A stretch of 64,000 nucleotides of DNA from an uncultured Desulfobacterales bacterium (GCA_964502365.1 CAZCWQ010000003.1:2148-66147), one strand, 5' to 3'; shown: positions 27,009 to 36,786, counted from the stretch's first letter. The notes: a model not told the origin generated them from the sequence alone. Made by a program: numbers and translations.

Positions 27009-27860
27009 GTGAAAAAACAAACGATCATGGTAACAGGTGCCGCGGGCTTTGCAGGAAGTGCGTTGGCCAATGCCCTAGAAGACAGAGGCCATCGGATCGT
27101 CCGTATCTCCCTTGCTTTAGGCAATGACGTGAGTGATCCTCAATGCTTCGAAGGATACCTACATGATGACATGGACATCGTCTTCCATCTCGCGGCCAAG
27201 ACCTACGTACCGGAGAGCTGGGACCGGCCGGGAGACTTTTACAGGACCAACGGCTTGGGGGCACTAAATGTCCTTGAGTATTGCAGGAAAGCGGATGCGC
27301 GCATGGTATACGTGAGCGCTTATGTGTATGGCTTGCCACAGTATTTACCCATTGATGAGAAACATCCTGTGAGACCCAATAACCCATATGCCCACTCCAA
27401 GTGGCTGGGGGAGCAGATCTGTTCTTTTTATGGGCAACACCTGGGTGTGAAGGCTATCATCTTAAGACCGTCAAACCTGTATGGGCCTGGCCAGGCTGAC
27501 TGTTGGGTGATCCCGGGTCTGGTGAGTCAAATAAAGGCCGACAAAAAGATTATGGTGAAGGACGGAACTCCACGGCGGGATTTTTTACACATCAGGGACT
27601 TCCTATCTGCATGCATCACAGTTCTTGAACACGAAGAACTGGCGGGAGTCTACAATGTCTCTTCTGGCTCATCGATTTCCATTGCAGCTTTGGTGAAGTT
27701 GATAATTCAGGTATCCGGGATCCAGGCAACATGGGAGGACTTGGGACAGGTACGTCCAAACGAGATAGAGGATTCTGCCATGTCGAGCCGCCTCATTGAA
27801 GCAGGGATTTGGAAGCCCTGTGTTTCCTTGAGGGAAGGACTCCAGGAGCTCTTGGCCTGA
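27009..27860 (+). CDS. NAD-dependent epimerase/reductase (extended SDR)
   Basis: 283 aa. IMVTGAAGFAGSALA, YAHSKWLGE (YxxxK). Start is GTG 27009 or ATG 27027. Confidence 0.7.
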   Translation: MKKQTIMVTGAAGFAGSALANALEDRGHRIVRISLALGNDVSDPQCFEGYLHDDMDIVFHLAAKTYVPESWDRPGDFYRTNGLGALNVLEYCRKADARMVYVSAYVYGLPQYLPIDEKHPVRPNNPYAHSKWLGEQICSFYGQHLGVKAIILRPSNLYGPGQADCWVIPGLVSQIKADKKIMVKDGTPRRDFLHIRDFLSACITVLEHEELAGVYNVSSGSSISIAALVKLIIQVSGIQATWEDLGQVRPNEIEDSAMSSRLIEAGIWKPCVSLREGLQELLA

Positions 27861-27908
27861 CATGAGCCGAAGACGATACGGAGTGAGCCTTTTGGGGAGA
27901 CCAAGTCA

Positions 27909-29099
27909 GTGAAGATATTTCAGGTCATTGCTAGGCTCAACGTTGGTGGGGCAGCGGTTTACAATGTGCTATTGACCCGGCTTCTCAAGGAAAAAGGTCA
28001 TGACTCCTTGCTCATTAAAGGTAGGGAGGGGCGGCACGAAGGCTATATGCTTGACGTGACCAAAGCTTACCAGGAGGAGACGCTCCACATATTTCTCAAA
28101 GAGTTCGGAAGGGAGATCAATCCTATCAACGATTTGATTGCCCTCGGCAGGTTGATCTTTCTGTTTCTTCAGCACAGGCCGCAGGTGGTCCATACCCATA
28201 CGGCCAAGGCTGGCACTCTTGGACGCCTTGCAGCTATCCTTACGGCCGTTCCGGTCAAGGTTCACACGTTTCATGGCCACACGTTGAGAGGGTATTTCGG
28301 AGCAGCGAAGACCAGACTCTTTCTTCTCATCGAACAGGTCCTAGGTCGTTTGTCAGATTGCGTCGTTACAGAGACAGAGTCCCTCCGACAGGAGCTGATT
28401 TCCCTCAATATTGCTCGGCCAGATAGGATCAAGGTTATTCCGTTGGGCCTGGAACTTGAGCCATATCAAAACCTCTCTTCTTTCAGAGGGGTACTGCGCG
28501 AGCGCCTGGGATTGGAACCGGGTGTGCCTGTGATTGGAACGGTGTCGAGGCTCGTACCGATCAAGGGAATCCATTACTTTCTACAAGCTGCCAAGGACGT
28601 CCTTTCCATATTGCCAAGAGCGCACTTTGTAATTGTGGGCGATGGTGAGCTGCGTCCTGACCTGGAGAAGATGACCGAAGACCTTGGTCTCAACGGCTCA
28701 GTTAGCTTTACCGGTTTCTGGGAGGATTTGAGGCAGATTTACGCTGACGTGGATGTTGTGGTTCTGACTTCCCTGAATGAGGGATGTCCTGTGTCAATTA
28801 TTGAGGCCCTTTCTGCTGCAAAACCAGTGGTTGCCACAGCTGTAGGGGGAGTAAAAGACGTAGTCGACGATAGGGTCAATGGACGCCTTGTGCCTGCGCA
28901 GAATCCGAACAGGATTGCTGAAGCTATTGTAGAGTTGATCCGCTCACCTGGGGAGGCACAGCGACTGGGAGAAAAGGGGAGAGAGAAGGTGCTTCAGAGC
29001 CACACGATTCAGAAGAGCGTAGATATCACTGAACGTTTATACCAGTCATTGTTGGAAGAACGGCAGAGGAGACAATACGCATGGCATCTTGCGGATTGA
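27909..29099 (+). CDS. GT4 (group 1, GT-B) glycosyltransferase
   Basis: 396 aa. N-terminal VGGAAVYNV and C-terminal EGCPVSIIEALSAAKPVVATAVGG (E-x7-E motif region). Confidence 0.75.
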   Translation: MKIFQVIARLNVGGAAVYNVLLTRLLKEKGHDSLLIKGREGRHEGYMLDVTKAYQEETLHIFLKEFGREINPINDLIALGRLIFLFLQHRPQVVHTHTAKAGTLGRLAAILTAVPVKVHTFHGHTLRGYFGAAKTRLFLLIEQVLGRLSDCVVTETESLRQELISLNIARPDRIKVIPLGLELEPYQNLSSFRGVLRERLGLEPGVPVIGTVSRLVPIKGIHYFLQAAKDVLSILPRAHFVIVGDGELRPDLEKMTEDLGLNGSVSFTGFWEDLRQIYADVDVVVLTSLNEGCPVSIIEALSAAKPVVATAVGGVKDVVDDRVNGRLVPAQNPNRIAEAIVELIRSPGEAQRLGEKGREKVLQSHTIQKSVDITERLYQSLLEERQRRQYAWHLAD

Positions 29100-29199
29100 C
29101 TTGCCAAGGGACTGTGTATGGGACTGATCGCTTACCTATTTGCCTGTAAGTTCAGTTACGGCTAACCACCAGAAGCTATGAACAGCATCTTTTGGCCTC

Positions 29200-29361
29200 A
29201 TGAGAGATCATTTTCTGAAAGAGAAATCTCGGGACCGGCAAAAGAGTGGCATTGAGCTTTGTGAAAGCGGGGTATTGGTAAAGCCAGGCGAGGTGAATGG
29301 TTTCGCCAGGGTACTCAAGTATCCACTGGAACATACTGATCGGTCACTTTTGTCCACTTGA
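29200..29361 (+). pseudogene. Possible relic of a GT4 glycosyltransferase C-terminus
   Basis: A 53-codon ORF (below the track cutoff) reads MRDHFLKEKSRDRQKSGIELCESGVLVKPGEVNGFARVLKYPLEHTD.... The G.LV.PG....la..l pattern is the usual C-terminal end of group-1 glycosyltransferases. It lies in an otherwise non-coding 640-bp gap. Confidence 0.25.
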
Positions 29362-29741
29362 CCTACCGCCAAATCTTACCCATTTCCGCTCAGTCTTGGG
29401 TAAATCTCCTTTCCAACTTCCCGCCCAGCTCCACGCCGGGGCATTCCTACCCATAAGCTCATAGACTTTTGAAAAACGGTCTCTTTTGTCCCATTTTTGT
29501 GTAAGGCTCATCCTGCTTTGTTGGATCGAAATGCTTATGTATTCATCTAGTTAATCCCTCTTTCTCGGCGGAACAACTTCCTTTAACTTGAATCCAGCAT
29601 TAATGGGAAACATTTCTCAGAGCTCTCGTTGACCTTGCTGTGAGTTCATAGTATACGAATCTCCATTTATGAGCGGCAAAGCTCCCACCGAAGGCGAGAT
29701 TACATCAGATTACACAGCGGTTTTATGATCGGAGAGAATCT

Positions 29742-30713
29742 ATGAAGATACTGATTACAGGCGGGGCAGGGTTCATTGGATCGCACTTGGCAGACCGTCT
29801 GCTAGAAATGGGCGAGGAGGTCTTTGTGATCGATAATCTTTCTACCGGCTCGTTGAAAAACATTGAACATCTTGAGGAAAATCGTGGATTTCACCTGGTG
29901 GTAGATACGATTCTGCATGAGGCTGTAATGAATGAACTGGTTTTTAAGTGTGACCAACTTTATCATATGGCAGCCGCAGTGGGGGTAAAACTCATTATGA
30001 ACCATCCGGTGGAGACCTTGGAGACCAACGTTCAGGGTACGGAAACCGTGCTCAAGCTTGCCAACCGTCACAAGAAAAAGGTGCTGATCGCTTCGACTTC
30101 AGAGGTTTACGGCAAGGTGATGGACGGCAATAACTGTTGCCTGCTCAGTGAAGATACAGATCGACTCATGGGCAGCACCACTAAGCGGCGCTGGGCCTAT
30201 GCCTGTTCAAAGGCCCTTGATGAGTTCCTGGCCCTTGCTTACTTTGAGGAAAAGAAATTGCCGGTGGTCATTGCACGCCTCTTTAATACAGTCGGACCCA
30301 GGCAGACCGGCCAATACGGCATGGTGATTCCGAATTGCGTCCAGAAGGCACTTCTTGGAAAGCCAATAATTGTTTATGGCGATGGTACACAGTCGCGCAG
30401 TTTTACCCATGTTTCAGACGTGGTGGATGCTCTTATCAGACTGATGGCCGAGCCTGACGCCGTTGGGCAGATCTTTAATGTGGGTGGCACTGAGGAAGTG
30501 ACGATCAAAGATCTTGCCGTGATGATAAAGGAGATGACAGGGAGTATCTCTGAAATCGAGTACTTGCCGTATGATAAGGCCTTTGGACCCGGCTACGAGG
30601 ACATGCAGCGTCGCTGTCCGGATATCGGCAAGATCGAAAAGCTCATCGGTTTTCAGCCAAGAATCGACTTGCGCACCATCATACAAAGTGTTATCGGGTA
30701 CTATGCAAAGTAG
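29742..30713 (+). CDS. NAD-dependent UDP-sugar epimerase/decarboxylase-type extended SDR
   Basis: 323 aa. ILITGGAGFIGSHLADRLL, YACSKALDE, RLFNTVGPRQ. Confidence 0.75.
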   Translation: MKILITGGAGFIGSHLADRLLEMGEEVFVIDNLSTGSLKNIEHLEENRGFHLVVDTILHEAVMNELVFKCDQLYHMAAAVGVKLIMNHPVETLETNVQGTETVLKLANRHKKKVLIASTSEVYGKVMDGNNCCLLSEDTDRLMGSTTKRRWAYACSKALDEFLALAYFEEKKLPVVIARLFNTVGPRQTGQYGMVIPNCVQKALLGKPIIVYGDGTQSRSFTHVSDVVDALIRLMAEPDAVGQIFNVGGTEEVTIKDLAVMIKEMTGSISEIEYLPYDKAFGPGYEDMQRRCPDIGKIEKLIGFQPRIDLRTIIQSVIGYYAK

Positions 30714-30834
30714 GTCTCAGGAAGCCCCAGGCCGAAATTCGAGACGTCAATCAAGTCTTGAATGACTCGTGACAAAACGTCCCTGCAATGTGCCTAGCCC
30801 TGGGACCTAGAAACCAGTGAACGAAGGGTGAAAC

Positions 30835-32718
30835 ATTAATCCTTACCTCATATACTTACTTACGTTTGCTCTGGCTTTTGCTCTCTCGGCAGTATTAACG
30901 CCATTTGTCCGACGGGTGGCGCTCAAGCGGGGGCAGGTAGCTCAACCCCGTGAGGACCGCTGGCATACTAAGCCCACGGCCCTCATGGGTGGGGTGGCTA
31001 TTTTTGCTGCCTTTTCGCTTACACAGGCAGCAGCAGTTTTGCTGTTGCCAGGAGCAGGAGGCCTGTCAAAGTTCCTGCCGCTATTCTTGTGTGGGTCTCT
31101 ATTGTTCATGGTGGGTCTTGGGGATGACATATACGGCATGTCCCCTCAAAATAAGCTGGTTGGGCAGATTGTCGGTGCCGCCGTCCTTGTCTTTTTTGGC
31201 TTCAAGATCAACTGGTTTTCATCCCACACCCTAAACACGTTCGTGAGCATCTTGTGGATTGTCGGCATTACCAATGCCTTCAACCTCTTAGATAACATGG
31301 ACGGACTCGCTGCGGGAGTCGCCTTTGTCTCTGCGTTCTTTATGGCCGGCATCACAGTTGTCGGACATGGAGTTGCAGCCGGAAGCAGCCAACTTCTAGT
31401 CCTTGTTGTGCTCATGGGGGCGGTTCTCGGTTTTCTTGTATATAATTTCTATCCGGCCTCCATCTTCATGGGAGATTCAGGCAGCTTATTCATCGGATTC
31501 TTGCTGGCTGGAACAACAGTTCACCGTCAGCTGTTTCATTCGCACCAGTTGTTGCCTATCATCATGGTGCCACTTCTGATAGTTTTTATACCAATTTGGG
31601 ACACTGGGTTCGTCTCGATAATGCGAACCCTATTCGGACGTTCTGTCGCCCGAGGGGGCAAAGACCACTCCTCGCACCGTATGGTCGCCATCGGCCTACC
31701 AGAAGGTAAGGCGGTACTTACCTTGTGTGGCTTTTCCGTTATAGGGGGCTCTGTAGCTTTGGTGGGTTCGCTTTACGGGTCAAGGATCTTCTTTGCCTGC
31801 CTTTTCATCTTCCTGCTCGTTTCACTTTTCTTTTGGATCTTTCTGGCAAAGGTGCGCGTATACCCAGAGGAGGAGAAGAGTGTTGTTGAAAAAAGCAGGG
31901 TCTTCACTACCTTGTGGATTGACTTTACTTATAAACGGCGTATGTTTGAAGTCATCCTGGATTTGTCTCTGGTCTCATTTGCTTACTGGCTCTCGTACTT
32001 CCTTCGCTATGAAGGGGCATCCTATGGTGCCAAGTTCCCGCTTTTTCTGCAATCGCTTCCGATCGTACTGGCATGTTTAATGGGCACCTATTTTGCTTTC
32101 GGCATCTACCGAGGGGTATGGCGCTATACAAGTGTTGCAGAACTCATTGTGTATCTCAAGGCAGTGACCGTTGGGGTGGTCACGAGCCTCTTGGTCAATG
32201 TCTTTCTCTACAGTTTCGACGGCTTTTCCAGAACGGTTTTTGTAATCTTTTGGGGTATTTCTCTTTTGTTCTTGGCCGGTTCACGCGTGTCCTTTCGGTT
32301 GATTTCCGAACTTGTGCGGCGAAATTCGGTAACAAATGGTAGACGGACACTTATCTACGGGGCTGGCGACAAGGGAGAGTTCGCTCTCCGCGAGATCGTC
32401 AACAATCCAAAACTCGGACTTACTCCGGTAGGTTTCATTGATGATGATGTGAAGAAGCATAAAAGAAAGATCCAGGGATATAAGGTTTTGGGCGGACGGG
32501 ATAGACTGGCTGAGTTCATCCCTAAGCACAAAATAGCTCAGATTATCGTGGCTTCAGGAGGGATTATGCCGGAAAACCTTAGGGCAACCTGCGCAGTGTG
32601 TGCCCAGCTGGGCGTAACCGTGAGGAATCTGGAACTGTCTATCAAACGGATGGCAATCAAGGAAACAGGAGGGGCAGCAGTCGAAGGAACCCCTGGAGAC
32701 AAGCATCAAAACCTGTAG
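30835..32718 (+). CDS. Polyprenyl-phosphate HexNAc-1-phosphate transferase (WecA/MraY family) fused to a CapD/WbaP-type N-terminal TM plus Rossmann-like module; probable ATT start
   Basis: ITNAFNLLDNMDGLAAG and FMGDSGSLFIGF are MraY/WecA signatures. The C-terminal ~270 aa has 4 TM helices and then RTLIYGAGDKGEFALREIVNNPKLGLTPVGFIDDDVKKHKRKIQGYKVLG. The track starts at GTG 30916, but the frame is open from 30832 and encodes the expected first TM helix (PYLIYLLTFALAFALSAVLTPFV). Confidence 0.7.
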   Translation: MNPYLIYLLTFALAFALSAVLTPFVRRVALKRGQVAQPREDRWHTKPTALMGGVAIFAAFSLTQAAAVLLLPGAGGLSKFLPLFLCGSLLFMVGLGDDIYGMSPQNKLVGQIVGAAVLVFFGFKINWFSSHTLNTFVSILWIVGITNAFNLLDNMDGLAAGVAFVSAFFMAGITVVGHGVAAGSSQLLVLVVLMGAVLGFLVYNFYPASIFMGDSGSLFIGFLLAGTTVHRQLFHSHQLLPIIMVPLLIVFIPIWDTGFVSIMRTLFGRSVARGGKDHSSHRMVAIGLPEGKAVLTLCGFSVIGGSVALVGSLYGSRIFFACLFIFLLVSLFFWIFLAKVRVYPEEEKSVVEKSRVFTTLWIDFTYKRRMFEVILDLSLVSFAYWLSYFLRYEGASYGAKFPLFLQSLPIVLACLMGTYFAFGIYRGVWRYTSVAELIVYLKAVTVGVVTSLLVNVFLYSFDGFSRTVFVIFWGISLLFLAGSRVSFRLISELVRRNSVTNGRRTLIYGAGDKGEFALREIVNNPKLGLTPVGFIDDDVKKHKRKIQGYKVLGGRDRLAEFIPKHKIAQIIVASGGIMPENLRATCAVCAQLGVTVRNLELSIKRMAIKETGGAAVEGTPGDKHQNL

Positions 32719-32746
32719 TAACCTATAGATGACAGAATACCCGCAG

Positions 32747-34837
32747 CTATTCTTTCACAGCATTCAATACTAGTGTTATCGGCCTATCTTCCTCGCCTTT
32801 CCCTGCAAACCGAATGGGGCCCGGTTTTCTGAACTCATCTTCTCCTGGTGACGCTGCCAGCCACTTATCTCTAAGTGCCTTCACAACTTTAAAGGCCACG
32901 GAATTTACGTCCACCACACTCTTTTCCAATACAAGTGCCAATTTCCCTTTTCTCTCCTCAAGATGCATAAGAGGGGCAATGGGAATCCCGATAGGTTCCC
33001 ACCTAGAAAAATCCATTTCTAGATTCTTTATAGCCGCCATCTGTCCGGTTGAGCCATTGGCTATTAAGCTGAAGACAGTTAACCCCAAGTTGTAAGTGTA
33101 AATACAGTCAAATTGTGTTGGGTCGCCCCCTCTGCCGTCGTAGCCGTAAAAATGTGCCTGTGTCTTGAACTTCGGAACAGACTTCTTGAATATCTTTTCA
33201 ATAGGAGCAGGGATCTTCTCGTTTTCCTGGATAGCGCCTTCCTTTATCAGCAAGTGTCCAAGGGTTTTCACAGAAATTATGGATGCTTTAACCATCAAAA
33301 ACTCTGAATCATCATAATTCTGAAACAGGATAGGCCCAAAGTAGTCAGGGTCAAGCCCTCCTTTTTCAAGGGTTTTTCTGTAATAAGGTTTCCTTATCCC
33401 AATTTTATAAACTCCTTTTTCCTTCAAAATGTCCAGATAGTCCTTAACCAGCCCCATGATGACCTTGTCTGTCTCAACCTGCGAAAACTGGAAGTTCCCA
33501 TGGCTGTCTCTTTCTGTAAGGAGTCCTTCCTGGAAGAATCCAGGAATATCATCAAACAGATCATCATCGCGTGTATTCCATATTGTAAAAGAACTGTCTT
33601 CCCTGGAACGCCTGGCCAGTTTGCGCAAGTATTCCAATTTATCACTTAGAAGAGGGAAATCAGAGTGGAAGTCCGTGTCGTGTGACTCGTTGTATTCTGC
33701 AATAATTACGTTCAGCTTTGTAATGAAGACCTGTATCTCGTTGATGAACTCCAGAACACCTTCCGGTATAATAATGACACCATAGTTTTTCCCCACAGCT
33801 GCCCTTCTTACAATGCCCTCACAAAGCACGCGGGAAAGATGCCGCAAGGTCATACCGTAGGCGGTGTGATCAATTATCCCTTTTCCCGCTGCCTTTTCTA
33901 TCTTCTCTTCGTCAACGTAGTCGGTGAGGTCCTCGCCGATAAGTGTCATATTTGCATGGGTCTGCAAGGCAACTTCAAGAGCCAAGTGGCTTGCAACCCT
34001 CCCCATAACCTTGCAAATATGCCAGTATTTGACATCAGATGCGCTGTCCGTGCACAGGTTGCTTATTTCCTTAGCAAAACCCCTTGCAGCCGAGTGAAAA
34101 CCAAAGGACATGGCGCACAAAACATTGCCATCTACATCTCTTACCTGTATGTCTCCGTCAATTGTCTTGGGCACTCCGATGACCTGGACACCATCTTCAA
34201 ACATATCTTGTGCCAGAAATGCCGCATTCGTGTTCGAATCATCACCCCCCACTACTACAAGGGCGTCAAGTTCAAGGCTCTTGCATGTCTTCCTTGAAAG
34301 GTCCATCTTGTCTCTTGTATCTATTTTTGTTCGTCCGGTCTTGATCATGCCGAAGCCTCCCAGGTTTCGATATTCATCAACGAGACTTTGGGTGATCTCA
34401 ATGGCTTCGTTTTCAATTATTCCGTCCGGTCCCAGGAGAAAACCGTATATCTTACTTTGTGGGTTGGCTGTTGTAGCGGCGTCGTAAAGGCCTGCTATGA
34501 CATTGTGCCCTCCAGGAGCAGGTCCTCCAGAAAACACAATACCTATATTGCGCCTCTTGCAATATCTCACTTTAAATGATTCTTCGGGTGAGTCAACGCC
34601 TACCACGGCCTGGACCTTGTTGTCTATTATTCTTGGCAGCTCTTTTGTTGCCTCCTTATCAATAAAAAATGTGTAGTGTTCATCTCGTAGGGCTGTATAG
34701 GGATGGGAGAACACCTCACATTTGGGAGGAGAGTATTGCCTTCTTTCAATCAATTCCAGGTTAATATTGTTGACTGCTTTTTCCACTTCCGGTCTTTTCA
34801 TAAGATCTTCAATGCTCTTAGTTTTTTCACCCGGCAT
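32747..34837 (-). CDS. pfp: Pyrophosphate-dependent 6-phosphofructokinase (long form)
   Basis: GIVFSGGPAPGGHNVI, VVVGGDDSNTNAA (Asp where ATP-PFKs have GGDGS), GVPKTIDGD, KVMGR. ATG 34837 is preceded by AGGAGG with 6-nt spacing (the track starts at TTG 34855). Confidence 0.8.
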   Translation of the reverse strand: MPGEKTKSIEDLMKRPEVEKAVNNINLELIERRQYSPPKCEVFSHPYTALRDEHYTFFIDKEATKELPRIIDNKVQAVVGVDSPEESFKVRYCKRRNIGIVFSGGPAPGGHNVIAGLYDAATTANPQSKIYGFLLGPDGIIENEAIEITQSLVDEYRNLGGFGMIKTGRTKIDTRDKMDLSRKTCKSLELDALVVVGGDDSNTNAAFLAQDMFEDGVQVIGVPKTIDGDIQVRDVDGNVLCAMSFGFHSAARGFAKEISNLCTDSASDVKYWHICKVMGRVASHLALEVALQTHANMTLIGEDLTDYVDEEKIEKAAGKGIIDHTAYGMTLRHLSRVLCEGIVRRAAVGKNYGVIIIPEGVLEFINEIQVFITKLNVIIAEYNESHDTDFHSDFPLLSDKLEYLRKLARRSREDSSFTIWNTRDDDLFDDIPGFFQEGLLTERDSHGNFQFSQVETDKVIMGLVKDYLDILKEKGVYKIGIRKPYYRKTLEKGGLDPDYFGPILFQNYDDSEFLMVKASIISVKTLGHLLIKEGAIQENEKIPAPIEKIFKKSVPKFKTQAHFYGYDGRGGDPTQFDCIYTYNLGLTVFSLIANGSTGQMAAIKNLEMDFSRWEPIGIPIAPLMHLEERKGKLALVLEKSVVDVNSVAFKVVKALRDKWLAASPGEDEFRKPGPIRFAGKGEEDRPITLVLNAVKE

Positions 34838-35022
34838 CTGCAGCCTCCTTGTCAATTTGCAAATTTGGTAACAGCTCAGCCCTTGGAAGACTTAGTCTCT
34901 TTTCTGGTCCGCCTCAGACGGTCTTGGGATGGATCTGGATTAGGGCACCTATATTTGTATATAGTAGATGAAAAAAACATTGCAACCCTTTTTGTTGAAC
35001 GAGTATAGGGAGAAACGAACCC

Positions 35023-36786
35023 GTGTGTCAAGGGACAATGGAACGGGTTTTTTGTCTTTATCAACACTTGCTTCAGCATCGGGGCGTCTGCGTGGGCACC
35101 ATCATAACATTATTAAAACCCCGCATCTGGTCCTTCAAGCACCGCTTACAGGGGCGCCTTGGACCTAGGACATGGGTGAGAACCCTGCTTGCCCTTGCAG
35201 GCATTGTCTTTTGGGCGGGAATCTTTGCCGTGTTTTACCGTGTGGTGGTTTACTTTCAAAGCATCGAAGGTTTCGGCGACATCCTGGCCAAAAAGCTTCT
35301 TTCCATGGTTCTTGTGACGTTCTTTGCTGTGCTTGTATTCAGTAGTATCCTTACGGCTCTTTCCACCTTATACCTTTCAAGAGACCTCGCTCTGGTCCAT
35401 GCAGCCCCGGTTCCCGTGGAAAAGATTTTTCTTGCCCGATGGCTGGAAAGCACCTTTGACAGTTGCTGGATGGTGCTTGTGTTCGGCCTGCCGGTATTTT
35501 TGGCTTACGGCCTGGTGTATTGTGCAAATTTGAATTTCTATGTGACTTTGCTCTGCTCACTGGTTCCGTTTTGCTTACTTGCCTCTGGCTTGGGGGCATT
35601 GGTCGTTCTGGTTGTTGTGATATGTCTTCCTGCCAATCGGATGCGGGACATCTTTTTGCTTCTTTCCATGGTCGTTGTCATACTTTTGTACTTCATGTTT
35701 CGATTCATGCGGCCGGAAAGGCTTGTGGATCCCGACGCCTTGGCAACCCTTGCCATGTATCTGAGTTCTGTTGAGGCCCCAGGTTCTCCTTTTCTCCCTA
35801 CCACGTGGACCCTTGAGACCCTTTGGCCGGTCTTAACGGGCAAGGGGGACATGGCCTTGTTTTATCTGGGTCTTTCCACCAGTGGCGCTGTGTCCATGAT
35901 TTTTCTCCTGACGAAAGTCGCACGCCTGTCTTATTTTAGGGGCGTCTCCAAGGCACAGGTGGCTCGCAAATGGCGACCCGGTAGAAGCTTTGACCTGGGA
36001 AAGGATTGGGCACAGTTCTTGCTGATACCCTCAAAGGCCCGCGCGCTTTTATCCAAAGACGTCAAAAACTTTTTTCGTGATAACACCCAGTGGTCTCAAC
36101 TCTTTCTCATGGGTGCCCTGGTTGTCGTCTACCTTTACAACTTCAAGGTGTTGCCTGTTGAGAAAGCCCCTATTGAAACCTTCTATCTCCAAAACATCGT
36201 TTCCTTTCTAAACATTGGCCTAGCCGGCTTTGTCCTTGCCGCCATAGCAGTCAGATTTGTATTCCCTACCGTAAGCATGGAAGGGCAAGCCTTTTGGGTC
36301 GTACGGTCGGCGCCCATATCCTTGAAGACTTTCCTTTGGGTTAAATTCTGGATGTACTTGGGACCTTTGCTGATCCTCTCTGAAACACTTACTGTACTTA
36401 CGAACAGATTGCTTTCCGTGTCCTCCTTCATGATGGGACTTTCCACGATTACCATCCTTTTCATGGTGTTTGGTATTACTGCTATGGGCGTTGGACTGGG
36501 GGCGGCATACCCGAATTTTCGTCTTGATAACATGGCCCAAGTGGCCACCGGCTTCGGCGGCATGCTCTTTATGATACTGTGTATGGGCTTCATCGGGTCG
36601 ATTATCATTCTGGAAGCTAGTCCGGTATATACTATTTTTATGGCCAGACTTAGCGGAAAGGCTATCCCGCTGGTCCGCTGGATCTGGATTATCCTATCTT
36701 TTGCTCTGGTGGTGAGCATTAACCTGTTGGCCGTATTCTGGCCTATGCGCCTTGGGTTGGAGCGTCTTTCAAAGATGGAGACTTAA
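35023..36786 (+). CDS. Polytopic integral membrane protein of unknown function
   Basis: 587-aa ORF with about 12 or more hydrophobic helices and no recognisable catalytic motif. The start is ambiguous (GTG 35023, ATG 35038 or GTG 35092). Confidence 0.5.
   Translation: MCQGTMERVFCLYQHLLQHRGVCVGTIITLLKPRIWSFKHRLQGRLGPRTWVRTLLALAGIVFWAGIFAVFYRVVVYFQSIEGFGDILAKKLLSMVLVTFFAVLVFSSILTALSTLYLSRDLALVHAAPVPVEKIFLARWLESTFDSCWMVLVFGLPVFLAYGLVYCANLNFYVTLLCSLVPFCLLASGLGALVVLVVVICLPANRMRDIFLLLSMVVVILLYFMFRFMRPERLVDPDALATLAMYLSSVEAPGSPFLPTTWTLETLWPVLTGKGDMALFYLGLSTSGAVSMIFLLTKVARLSYFRGVSKAQVARKWRPGRSFDLGKDWAQFLLIPSKARALLSKDVKNFFRDNTQWSQLFLMGALVVVYLYNFKVLPVEKAPIETFYLQNIVSFLNIGLAGFVLAAIAVRFVFPTVSMEGQAFWVVRSAPISLKTFLWVKFWMYLGPLLILSETLTVLTNRLLSVSSFMMGLSTITILFMVFGITAMGVGLGAAYPNFRLDNMAQVATGFGGMLFMILCMGFIGSIIILEASPVYTIFMARLSGKAIPLVRWIWIILSFALVVSINLLAVFWPMRLGLERLSKMET

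Noticed and set aside
29362-29369. GGCGGTAG (an ops/JUMPstart-like 8-mer) on the minus strand in the intra-cluster gap.
   Set aside because: It is on the wrong strand relative to the plus-strand glycan genes. About two such 8-mers are expected by chance in 64 kb on both strands. RfaH/ops is not expected outside enterobacteria-like lineages.
29697-29714. Tandem AGATTACA-tc-AGATTACA direct repeat with 10-bp period upstream of the 29742 gene, considered as a response-regulator binding site.
   Set aside because: A single 8-mer pair at a helical-turn offset is within chance expectation for the window, and it lies in the probable 5-prime UTR rather than upstream of a promoter.
34854-34865. Perfect 12-bp palindrome AATTTGCAAATT just upstream of the pfp start.
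   Set aside because: Roughly 15 perfect 12-bp palindromes are expected by chance in 64 kb, the region is AT-rich, and no known operator consensus is matched.
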